DNA of 63,754 bases, the filler included, from Ministeria vibrans ATCC 50519 (lineage: Eukaryota; Protista; Filasterea): the NCBI GenBank assembly GCA_943704425.1. It is 9 parts of 9 records of this genome, joined end to end, with 100 filler letters (N's around TTAATTAATTAA, not from the genome) between each part and the next. Parts side by side here need not be neighbours in the genome. Positions count along the whole stretch, not along the records: positions 1 to 17,283 come from CALSCP010002647.1; positions 17,384 to 21,005 come from CALSCP010001968.1; positions 21,106 to 41,581 come from CALSCP010000803.1; 6 more parts are not named here. One strand, given 5' to 3'. Shown here in pieces: positions 12,325 to 21,409 of this stretch. The position numbers and the translations under genes are program-made. The notes beneath the pieces are model-generated. The model was given only the letters and a program-made list of their open reading frames with translations. It had not been told where the DNA came from and did not search any database. Numbering within the stretch: position 1 is the first letter of the stretch; each line of letters starts with the position of its first letter.

Positions 12325-15300
12325 ATGTCTTCACTACAGGAACGCATTCAAGCCGCGCAGACGTCCCATTTCTTGAACCTGAGGGAGATGGGGCTCAGTT
12401 TACTCCCAGACGAAATTCTTGTTCTTGCTGACACTCTACAGGAATTGCTGTTGACAGACAACCCGCTTCGCGTGCTCCCCAACTGGATCGGACAGTTCAA
12501 GAAGCTCAAGGTATGGGAAGGGGGAGAGAAAGGCCAGGATTTCTCACGAGTTGGCTCGTTTTTTTTCTTCTTTTTCTGGACGAAGCTTCTGGACGTTGGG
12601 AATTGCAACCTCAAAACGCTCCCAACAGCCATTTTAGATTTGCGTGGGCACCTGGAGGAGATTACGTACAGCGGGAATGAGGGATTCTCGCCGTCTCTCA
12701 ACAATCTCTGCGCTAGTAAAGGGAGATTTTTTTGGTTGACGAGAAACTGAAACGCGAATTAATGTGGGGGTGTAGAAGGTTTGAGATAGACTGGATGATT
12801 GCTTCATTTGATTCTAACTCTTTTATCTTGCGCTTCTTGGCGTGGCAATGTCGGGCGACTCAGTTTGTAAGAAGGGAGTTTTTGTACGATTTTGCTAACA
12901 CTCCCAACTTTGCAGATTGTAAGATGTCAAGAATTGAGTGTATATCTGACACCATTTTCGCTCGATTCGATGCTCTTTGCTATTTGGTGTAGGGTGTAAG
13001 TTTGAAGAATGGATGAAAATGGATGGTGACTGATTTGGACTGTGATTTGGACTCTTCTTTGCGTTGTTTTAGTTGGTAAGTTTGAAGAATAGATGGGAAT
13101 GGATGGTGACTGATTTGGACTGTGGTTTGGACTCTTCTTTGCATTGTTTTAGAGGGTAAGTTTGAAGAATAGGTGGAAATGGATGGTGACTGATTTGGAC
13201 TGTGGTTTGGACTCTTCTTTGCATTGTTTTAGGGGGTAAGTTTGAAGAATAGATGGAAATGGATGGTGACTGATATGGACTGTGATTTGGACTCTTCTTT
13301 GCATTGTTTTAGTTGGTAAGTTTGAAGAATAGATGGAAATGGATGGTGACTGATTTGGACTGTGGTTTGGACTCTTCTTTGCATTGTTTTAGTTCGTAAG
13401 TTTGAAGAATAGATGGAAATGGATGGTGACTGATTTGGACTGTGATTTGGACTCTTCTTTGCATTGTTTTAGGGCGTAAGTTTGAAGAATAGATGGAAAT
13501 GGATGGTGACTGATTTGGACTGTGATTTGGACTCTTCTTTGCATTGTTTTAGAATGTAAGTTTGAAGAATAGATGGAAATGGATGGTGACTGATTTGGAC
13601 TGTGATTTGGACTCTTCTTTGCATTGTTTTAGGGGGTAAGTTTGAAGAATAGATGGAAATGGATGGTGACTGATTTGGACTGTGATTTGGACTCTTCTTT
13701 GCATTGTTTTAGGGCGTAAGTTTGAAGAATAGATGGAAATGGATGGTGACTGATTTGGACTGTGATTTGGACTCTTCTTTGCATTGTTTTAGTTGGTAAG
13801 TTTGAAGAATAGATGGAAATGGATGGTGACTGATTTGGACTGTGATTTGGACTCTTCTTTGCGTTGTTTTAGACAGTAAGTTTGAAGAATAGATGGAAAT
13901 GGATGGTGACTGATTTGGACTGTGATTTGGACTCTTCTTTGCATTGTTTTAGGGTGTAAGTTTGAAGAATAGATGGAAATGGATGGTGACTGATTTGGAC
14001 TGTGGTTTGGACTCTTCTTTGCATTGTTTTAGTTGGTAAGTTTGAAGAATAGATGGAAATGGATGGTGACTGATTTGGACTGTGGTTTGGACTCTTCTTT
14101 GCATTGTTTTAGAGGGTAAGTTTGAAGAATAGATGGAAATGGATGGTGACTGATTTGGACTGTGATTTGGACTCTTCTTTGCATTGTTTTAGAGGGTAAG
14201 TTTGAAGAATAGATGGAAATGGATGGTGACTAAATTGGACTGTGGTTTGGACTCTTCTTTGTATTGTTTTAGAATGTAAGTTTGAATAATAGATGGAAAT
14301 GGATGGTGACTGATTTGGACTGTGGTTTGGACTCTTCTTTGTATTGTTTTAGGGGGTAAGTTTGAAGAATAGATGGAAATGGATGGTGACTGATTTGGAC
14401 TGTGATTTGGACTCTTCTTTGCATTGTTTTAGTTGGTAAGTTTGAAGAATAGATGGAAATGGATGGTGACTGATTTGAGNNNNNNNNNNNNNNNNNNNNN
14501 NNNNNNNNNNNNNNNNNNNNNNNNNNNNNNNNNNNNNNNNNNNNNNNNNNNNNNNNNNNNNNNNNNNNNNNNNNNNNATAGATGGAAATGGATGGTGACT
14601 GATTTGGACTGTGATTTGGACTCTTCTTTGCATTGTTTTAGTTGGTAAGTTTGAAGAATAGATGGAAATGGATGGTGACTGATTTGAGCGGGTTGAAGAG
14701 GGTGAAGAGGACGAAGATGACGAAGGGAACGAGAGGAGAGACGACGTGGACCGTCGCTCTGACTGCTCATCGTCACTGTCCGACACTTTGGACCGGACGC
14801 ACGACGACGCCTTTGCAACCGCTCGACAGTCAGTCTATGATGCCATTCTCTTCGAGTGTAGCAGCGGGCTTGCCGTCGACAACGACACACTTCTCGCACG
14901 GCAGGTAGAGAGAGCCGACGGTGAGCCTGTTGTTGTGCTCTTCGTCGACGACAAAACACCTCAGGGAGCCGACGGTGAGGCTGTAGCTGTGCTCGGTGGC
15001 GACGACCAAACACCTCACAGAGCCGACGGCGAGCCTGTGGTTGTGCTCTCCGTCGACGACACACTTTGCGCACGGCAGGTAGAGAGAGCCGACGGTGAGC
15101 CTGTGGTTGTGCTCTCCGTCGACGACAAAACACCTCAGGGAGCCGACGGTGAGGCTGTAGTTGTGCTCGGTGGCGACGACCAAACACCTCACAGAGCCGA
15201 CGGTGAGGCTGTAGTTGTGCTCGGTGGCGACGACCAAACACCTCACAGAGCCGACGGTGAGCCTGTGGTTGTGCTCGGTGGCGACGGCGGCGCTCCCTTG

Positions 15301-15928
15301 TGGACAGTGTGTGTGGACTTCCACACTTGCTCTGTCTCAGTCAGCGTAACTATGCTATTTTCTTCGTAGCCAGCTGATCCGATCGTCTTCTGTGTAGAAC
15401 GACAACTGTACCTACTTCACGCCGTTTCAGCTCAACCAGACAAACGCGGCGAGTGTGGCCTACTGCTGCATCCTGTTCATCTGCTTCTCCTGTGACTGGA
15501 AGGCAGTACCTCTCGGACAGATGCAGTCCTTCTCCGCGTCCCTCACCGACTCGCTGTACGAGCTTGTGCGTCTGCGGTACGGCGAGCACCGGTGTCGTCG
15601 AGCGAGGCTAACCAACCGCATGCTCACGCGGACCGAGTTGCACCCTCACGAGACAGTGGTTGTACGACGCGGTGGTGGAGAGATCGAGTTCTTCGTGCTG
15701 CTGCATGTGGCGATGGAGCTACCTACACTCGAGATAGTCCACCGCACTCGGCACAGACACAAGCGCTACTGCGATCTGCGCACACCCTGGCAATCCATCC
15801 ACTCCATTGGCGTCGAGCATGCGACCAAGACAATCGTTGGCCTGTGCGACAAGAGCTCGGTCCTCGATGCTATGTTTCGTGTGTGGCGCAAGATTGATTG
15901 GCAAATCCGCACTCCAGCCTTTACATAA
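12325..15928 (+). CDS. Subtelomeric LRR protein: LRR N-terminus, microexon-encoded segment, acidic linker, 18-aa repeats and an unknown C-terminal domain (predicted model)
   Basis: Exon 1 (12325-12510) has LNLREMGLSLLPDEI and LQELLLTDNPLRVLPNWIGQFKKLK. Exon 2 (12586-12715) has LLDVGNCNLKTLPTAILDL. The AG-NNN-GT series follows, then an open frame from ~14689/14699 to 15306, and a phase-0 GT..AG intron (15307-15397) joins in frame to the ORF ending at 15928. The LRR part is secure; the downstream joins are inferred. Confidence 0.6.
12993..14688 (+). repeat. 80-bp tandem array, each unit a 77-nt intron-like repeat plus a variable 3-nt microexon
   Basis: Unit GTAAGtttgaagaatagatggaaatggatggtgaCTGATttggactgtgatttggactcttctttgcattgttttAG + NNN. 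There are 18 full units before the N gap, with triplets at 12993+80n. Confidence 0.95.
14905..15290 (+). repeat. Coding tandem repeat (~54 nt, 18 aa, about 7 copies)
   Basis: ADGE[P/A]VVVL[SVDDKTPQG/GGDDQTPHR] units within ORF 14746..15369. Confidence 0.85.
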
Positions 15929-16214
15929 ACACTCTTTTCTCTTGTATTATTCTTTTTCTTGCCTGCACTCTCTCCTACCTTCGCCCTGCTCCAGAATGCG
16001 GCGATGGGCGGCATTGGGCCCAAGGCTTACGTTGTCATTGTGGTGGCTGTGGTTGTACTCCGTAATCTTCCTATCCTTCAAATAAGTCATGCATGGATCG
16101 CTTTGAGAAGTGACGGGTGCGTAAGCGAGTTACCTTCTAAGATTGAACATCAGAGCCAAGTGAGAGGGGTGGCGCAAGAAGACTTTCGTCTGACAAACAC
16201 GCAGAAATCCAAGC

Positions 16215-16710
16215 TGATGGCGAACAGAGATCAGTCTTACTAATGGTTGGCTCACTCGACTGTCCGTTGAGGGGTGTCCAGGGTATCTCTAGGGAAAATC
16301 GAGCACTTCGTCTGGCTAGCAGAAATCAAGTCTTACTGATGGTGGGCTCCCTACTCCGTAGACTGTCTGGGCTGTCCAGCGTGTCTAGGGAAAATCGAGC
16401 ACTTCGTCTGGCTAGCAGAAATCAGTCTTGCTGATGGTTGGCTCACTAACCTGTCCGGGGTGTCCAGCGTGTCTAATGAAAATCGAGCACTTTGTCTGGC
16501 GAGCAGAAATCAAGTCTTACTGATGGTTGGCTCACTCGACTGTCCGGGGTGTCCAGTGTGTCTAGGGAAAATCGAGCACTTCGTCTGGCTAGCAGAAATC
16601 AGTCTTATTGATGGTTGGCTCCCTACTCCGTAGTATGTCCGGGCTGTCCAGCGTGTCTAGGGAAAATCGAGCACTTTGTCTGGCGAACAAAAATCAGTCT
16701 TACTGATGGA
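16215..16710. repeat. Subtelomeric ~90-bp tandem repeat, about 5 copies
   Basis: Recurrent tctagggaaaatcgagcacttcgtctggctagcagaaatcagtcttactgatggttggctc core. Confidence 0.85.
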
Positions 16711-16924
16711 GTGATGGTGCCTAGATATTCTTCTTCTTCTACTTTCCTGTTGTTTTTTTGATGTATTGATCATAATAATTTCGTCTTGAAACGGCCCTGT
16801 AAATCTCGCTTCATCTAAATTCCTTCTTGTTCTTTCTTTTTTTTATCTAAGTACGGAGTATATTGATATATAAAAACTGTTTTAAGGCCTTAGTGGGAAT
16901 GGGGCGACTGGCCGAGGAGTGGAG

Positions 16925-17148
16925 AGGAGTGGGAAGGGGAGATAGGGCTGGGGAGGACCTTCCCTGCTTGAATTTGGGCAGAGGGATTGCGCTCCTTCTC
17001 TGCTCGAATTTGGGCAGAGGGATTGCGCTGGGAAGGGGAGATAGGGCTGGGAAGGGAGATAGGGCTGGGGAGGGAGATAGGGATGGGGAGAGCGATTGCG
17101 CTCGGAAAAGAAGATAGGGCTGCGGAGGACCTTCTCTGCTCGAATTTG
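16925..17148 (+). repeat. G-rich telomere-associated degenerate repeats
   Basis: Repeated gggagatagggctggg and gaatttgggcagagggattgcgct motifs immediately proximal to the TTAGGG tract. Confidence 0.7.
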
Positions 17149-17283
17149 GGGTTAGGGTTAGGGTTAGGGTTAGGGTTAAACGTCTGAATACAATCGTAAA
17201 GTTCATGTCTCGGTTAGGGTTAGGGTTAGGGTTAGGGTTAGGGTTAGGGTTAGGGTTAGGGTTAGGGTTAGGGTTAGGGTTAG
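17149..17283 (+). repeat. Telomeric (TTAGGG)n at the contig end, interrupted by a 33-nt non-telomeric insert
   Basis: Five GGGTTA units at 17149-17178, a spacer at 17179-17211, then a continuous TTAGGG tract at 17212-17283 running into the gap, with the G-strand oriented 5'->3' toward the end. Confidence 0.93.
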
Positions 17284-17327
17284 NNNNNNNNNNNNNNNNN
17301 NNNNNNNNNNNNNNNNNNNNNNNNNNN

Positions 17328-17339
17328 TTAATTAATTAA
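17328..17339. other. Artificial contig spacer N-TTAATTAATTAA-N (also at ~21050, 41626, 53208, 55605, 58039, 60160, 62250)
   Basis: The same palindromic 12-mer, with stops in all six frames, is embedded in N runs eight times. Confidence 0.97.
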
Positions 17340-17425
17340 NNNNNNNNNNNNNNNNNNNNNNNNNNNNNNNNNNNNNNNNNNNNAAAAAAAAAAAAAAAAA
17401 AAAAAAAAAAACTGTGTGACGCTCT

Positions 17426-20400
17426 ATGCGCATCAACCTCTCAATGTTTTTGTTTGTTTGTTTGTTTGTTTTGATTGGTCAGCCCTTCCAACATGACCCG
17501 AACAGCGAAGTGTTGCTGGTGACCAACAACCGCACGACGGGAGCGGAGGTGAAGGCGTGGCGGGAGGTGTGCCGTCTTGTGTTCGGTGCGACCGTGTCAG
17601 CGTGGAACCTTGATTTGTACAACGGGGTGTCGATGGAGCAGCCTCTGGCCGTTTTGGGTGGCGACAACATGTTTGCTCACTTTCGCGGCCGCCTGGTCGT
17701 AGCGCTCAACAATCAAACATTGCAGATGGAGGCGAGGGACCACGCAGCCCTGCATGGCCGCATGGACACCGCCGAGATGCTGCGTGGCTCACTCGACCAC
17801 GCCACGCATTTCTACGTCCTTGGCTCCCCATCGTGCATCGACTACGATCGTCTGCTCCTTCCCATGCCAAGCGCCACTGTACACCCGATTGAGCACTCGT
17901 CGACAGAGGCATACCTCAACGTTGCCCGACTTGGTCTCACGGCTGCGGCGCTCGGCGACAGCGTTTTCGACGTCGCCACGGCGACCAGCGCTACCGCGTC
18001 GTCGCGCTTCAGAGCGCCGAGTGCCGGTGACCCGCATTTCTGCGGCTTCCTCGACGTCCAGATTGGGCGCACCGGACACCCCGTGGGCCAGCAAACTCCG
18101 TATTTTGTTGCGCTGTTCCCGTCCACCAACCACCTTGCATTCTACAAGACGTCGTCAGACGCCGATCGCGGTCGCGAGCCACTCGACACATGCTGGTTGG
18201 TCGATGTGCGGCTGTTCTCGGGAAGCAGTAGCGCAATGTCGGCACTCGAGGGCCATGATCGTGATCGTGCGATTGGGGAGAAGCTGCTGAGCAAGCAGCA
18301 GAAGAGGCTGTCTTCGTCGTCGTCGTCGTCACTCGCGCCAACCGTGTCCGGCGTAGGTCTGGCCAACTCGAGCGCATGGAGCGCCGATCCGGCAGTCGAG
18401 GAACTCTGGCTTGCAGCTCCTGGTCGTATCTTTGTATTGCGGTTCACCCCAAAGTGCGAGAAGCTCAATCGAGCCATGGTGGCGACGGCAGACGCTGCGG
18501 ACTCCGCCAACAGCACGAACCTAGTCACATGGCGCAACGAGTTGATGGCCGTGCTGTCGGACCCCGAGAGCAACGTGCCCGACGCCGCCCTGGCCAACGC
18601 CGTCGACCAGATGCGCCGGCGACGATCTTCTACGCCAACGGCGGCGGCTGACGGCGAAAATCCTCCTGTGGCGCTGTCCCTTCGAGGCCTGTCATCGTCG
18701 TTAATCCAAGTGATCTCCGAAGAAGAAGAAAATATCAAGTATCCAGCACGCAAGCTCTCTGCGCTGCCGGGTACCACGTTCTCCGGCCTGTTGCGCAAGC
18801 AGGCGGGAACGGGGCGTGGACTGAGCTTCAACATCCGCTGGTTTGTCCTCCACGGCTCCACGCTGCACTACTATGCGTCCGAGGCAAGCACTCGGCCAAA
18901 GGTTTCCATTCGCCTTGATCGCCTCCAGGTGCACGATGTCTGCCCGACGGAGGGCGCTGGTGGACTCGGTGGCAAAGATCAGGCAGGTGATGGGAGCGAG
19001 CGAGTCGTGTGCCTGGAGACGCCGACTATCACGTTGCTTCTCAAAAATGTCAAGGCAGGATTGTCCGGAGAGTGTTCGCCTCTCGACCGTCTCGCGGAAC
19101 TGTTGTGTGCTCAACAGAAGCGTGTTTTGGAGGATACTGCCGCAATGGGGGTGCCTGCACTCGCGTCGCTTGAGCAGCCGGCGAACACGGAGAGTGATTG
19201 GGAGGATATGAACGACGATTCGCTGGGCCGCCTGACTAGCGTGCCGCCGGTGCCGCGCGAGTGCATTGCCACACAAACGTCCGTGTTTGATCGCATCCAT
19301 GTGTACAGTCGAACGCTGAAAATTGCTAAGCGCCCCACGGAACGCACACTCATGCGTGAAGCCGAAAAGCTTGTAGCGACGTTGCGCGATTGTATGCCAG
19401 CCCATCGGATCTGGGCGGTGTACACGGGTGCAAGGGTGGAGGAGGCCGTGACGGCATCGTGGCTCCACACACGACACTACCTCGGCACAATCGACGTGTA
19501 CCGCTCGGCCAACACCGACTACGCCAGTATCGTGACGCGAGAGGCCACAAACGAGCAGGTGCATGATCCGGCCTTTATTGTTGGCGATGCGAATGTGTTC
19601 GCTTTGCTCAAGGCGACACACTTCTTCAAAAAGATCCACCTTCTCGTCACATTACCACACGAGTTCACGACGACCGCGCACAAGCGTCTGGCGCCCGTCC
19701 TGGCCGACTCCATTGTGAGCGACCTTGTTGACGAGCAGGCCACGTTTCGCCTTGGTGGCCGTGCCTGGGCCGGACCCTGGACACCGGCGACGCTGGAGCG
19801 CACTGGCCTTTCACACCTGACCCACTTTTGCGGCACATGGTTCGCCGAGACCCGCGAGATGGGTGTGCCTCCGGACTGCGATAAGCGGGCCCTCTTGGAG
19901 ACCATGGCGGTGAAGCTGCTGTTAGTGGCCGACCGCATGATTGGTAAGGCAGACATGATTAGCAAGCGTCGTCGGCAGCGCGTCGTATCGAAGGCGACAG
20001 TGGCCCTGGTGCATCGCTTCCTGGACAACTTGACCTTTGGTGAAAACGTCGGCGTTGCGCTTGCTACTGGCGTGGTAAGAGCCAAGAAAGGCGCCGTGAT
20101 TCAGCTGCGTCGTAGGCTCGACACTCGAGTTGCTGCCCTGAAGAAGACACAGAAGAAGGACAACCAATCACGTTTCGACATGCTCCAGAACCTGCGCGAC
20201 CCCCACGGTAAGACGAGCGACCGCATTCCATTGAGCAACGCCGTGCACATGGTCCCCGAGGCCGCGTGCGTTCTGTCGGCGTATGATTGGAATGCAAAGA
20301 TTGAAGTCAACCAGAGCGCCGAGGTGACGGCCGTCGGCGAAACTTCCTTTGTGTACAAGACCGCAGAGGATCGCGTGCGCGGCTGCAATGCCTACCTACA

Positions 20401-20428
20401 GAGTCAACCTTTCCCATTTTTTGTTTGA
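17426..20428 (+). CDS. Large protein with two PH-like domains (5'-partial, long terminal exon)
   Basis: 1000-aa open frame with PH signatures FCGFLDVQIG...YFVALF...LAFYKT...WRNELM and FSGLLRKQAG...NIRWFVLHGSTLHYYASE...ISRLD-like strand (VSIRLD). The real exon probably starts after the acceptor near 17482. Confidence 0.75.
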   Translation: MRINLSMFLFVCLFVLIGQPFQHDPNSEVLLVTNNRTTGAEVKAWREVCRLVFGATVSAWNLDLYNGVSMEQPLAVLGGDNMFAHFRGRLVVALNNQTLQMEARDHAALHGRMDTAEMLRGSLDHATHFYVLGSPSCIDYDRLLLPMPSATVHPIEHSSTEAYLNVARLGLTAAALGDSVFDVATATSATASSRFRAPSAGDPHFCGFLDVQIGRTGHPVGQQTPYFVALFPSTNHLAFYKTSSDADRGREPLDTCWLVDVRLFSGSSSAMSALEGHDRDRAIGEKLLSKQQKRLSSSSSSSLAPTVSGVGLANSSAWSADPAVEELWLAAPGRIFVLRFTPKCEKLNRAMVATADAADSANSTNLVTWRNELMAVLSDPESNVPDAALANAVDQMRRRRSSTPTAAADGENPPVALSLRGLSSSLIQVISEEEENIKYPARKLSALPGTTFSGLLRKQAGTGRGLSFNIRWFVLHGSTLHYYASEASTRPKVSIRLDRLQVHDVCPTEGAGGLGGKDQAGDGSERVVCLETPTITLLLKNVKAGLSGECSPLDRLAELLCAQQKRVLEDTAAMGVPALASLEQPANTESDWEDMNDDSLGRLTSVPPVPRECIATQTSVFDRIHVYSRTLKIAKRPTERTLMREAEKLVATLRDCMPAHRIWAVYTGARVEEAVTASWLHTRHYLGTIDVYRSANTDYASIVTREATNEQVHDPAFIVGDANVFALLKATHFFKKIHLLVTLPHEFTTTAHKRLAPVLADSIVSDLVDEQATFRLGGRAWAGPWTPATLERTGLSHLTHFCGTWFAETREMGVPPDCDKRALLETMAVKLLLVADRMIGKADMISKRRRQRVVSKATVALVHRFLDNLTFGENVGVALATGVVRAKKGAVIQLRRRLDTRVAALKKTQKKDNQSRFDMLQNLRDPHGKTSDRIPLSNAVHMVPEAACVLSAYDWNAKIEVNQSAEVTAVGETSFVYKTAEDRVRGCNAYLQSQPFPFFV

Positions 20429-21409
20429 TATGTCATAAGGAAAAAATTTAAATAATACGCTGTGTTGCCCAGTGTCGGTCAAGTCGGAAGAGGCCTCGTA
20501 CTTTCTTGCAGAGAACAAGAGGAATGCCATCGTTGTTACTTGACCTCGCATCACCGAGACAAACCTATCCCTCAACAAACTTCCGAGCCGCCTCCACAAG
20601 CTCCACACCATCCACAGCACTCACAGAAAGGAGATCATCACCAGAGTGAAAGCGAGACTGTGTTTAGCCCTTGAGGAAGATTTTATGGATAACTCATCTC
20701 CTTAGTTAAGACTTAAGACACTCTGTTTCTTGCCTTCTGGATTTGCGACCGCGTAGCCCTTCTAAGCCCGATTTAGCGAATCAGTAAGCACACGTGATAC
20801 ATAGGGCTCGTGTTATGTGTGGGTTGTTTTGTTTGAATCGATTTTATCGATTTTCGCTTCGCCTGTTAAATGTTAATTGTGTACCATTTGTGTCGCTGCA
20901 ATGCATGCTAGTGGTATTTGGTGAAGGTTTGTATTCATTTGCGGTGGTCGGCTGGAGCTGGTGTGTTCCGAATGAACGGTCTTTTTTTTTTTTTTTTTTT
21001 TTTTTNNNNNNNNNNNNNNNNNNNNNNNNNNNNNNNNNNNNNNNNNNNNTTAATTAATTAANNNNNNNNNNNNNNNNNNNNNNNNNNNNNNNNNNNNNNN
21101 NNNNNAAAAAAAAAAAAAAAAAAAAAAAAAAAATCGCAGAACTTGAACTTTGTGAAAACAGTGGGAGTTACGCTCAGCACGTCACGCTTCCTATGCCCCT
21201 TCCGGCTACCGCCTCCCTTGAAGTAACAAGTTTAATTAATTAAATCAGATCGGTGGATTGTGCGAAGGCATGGCAGATACGTGGGATGACTTACAAGTCA
21301 TCCCGACGTTGCGGTTGTTCGGGACTTCCAAAAAAAACGATTTTAGTTGAATAATTTAGTCACTTTTTTCTTCTTCTTCTTCGCATCACTATCTTCAACC
21401 GTTGCCATC

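Noticed and set aside
12993-14688. CRISPR array, or a directly coding repeat (ORFs 14349..14786 and 14429..15241 on the minus strand)
   Set aside because: The variable part is only 3 nt, there are no cas genes and the context is eukaryotic. The 80-nt period is not a multiple of 3 and the frames hit stops. The listed ORFs are extended by running through Ns.
14480-14688. An additional array unit after the N gap
   Set aside because: Both sides of the gap end in the same truncated ...gactgatttgag, so the post-gap unit may be an assembly overlap duplicate. The true copy number is uncertain.
16215-16710. ~90-bp repeats read as a minus-strand intron/exon array (GTAAG...CTAG)
   Set aside because: The donor is mutated in two copies, the putative exons are 48/48/41/41/48 nt (frame-breaking) and no host ORF is evident. 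Treated as a subtelomeric repeat.
17284-17383. Recurrent TTAATTAATTAA palindrome as a biological motif
   Set aside because: It is always embedded in N runs of the same layout, so it is an artificial contig linker.
17479-20388. Numerous long antisense or alternate-frame ORFs over GC-rich genes (also over CARNS1, NEK1 and the Cys-rich gene)
   Set aside because: They are shadow ORFs expected from GC-rich codon usage and have no independent motifs.
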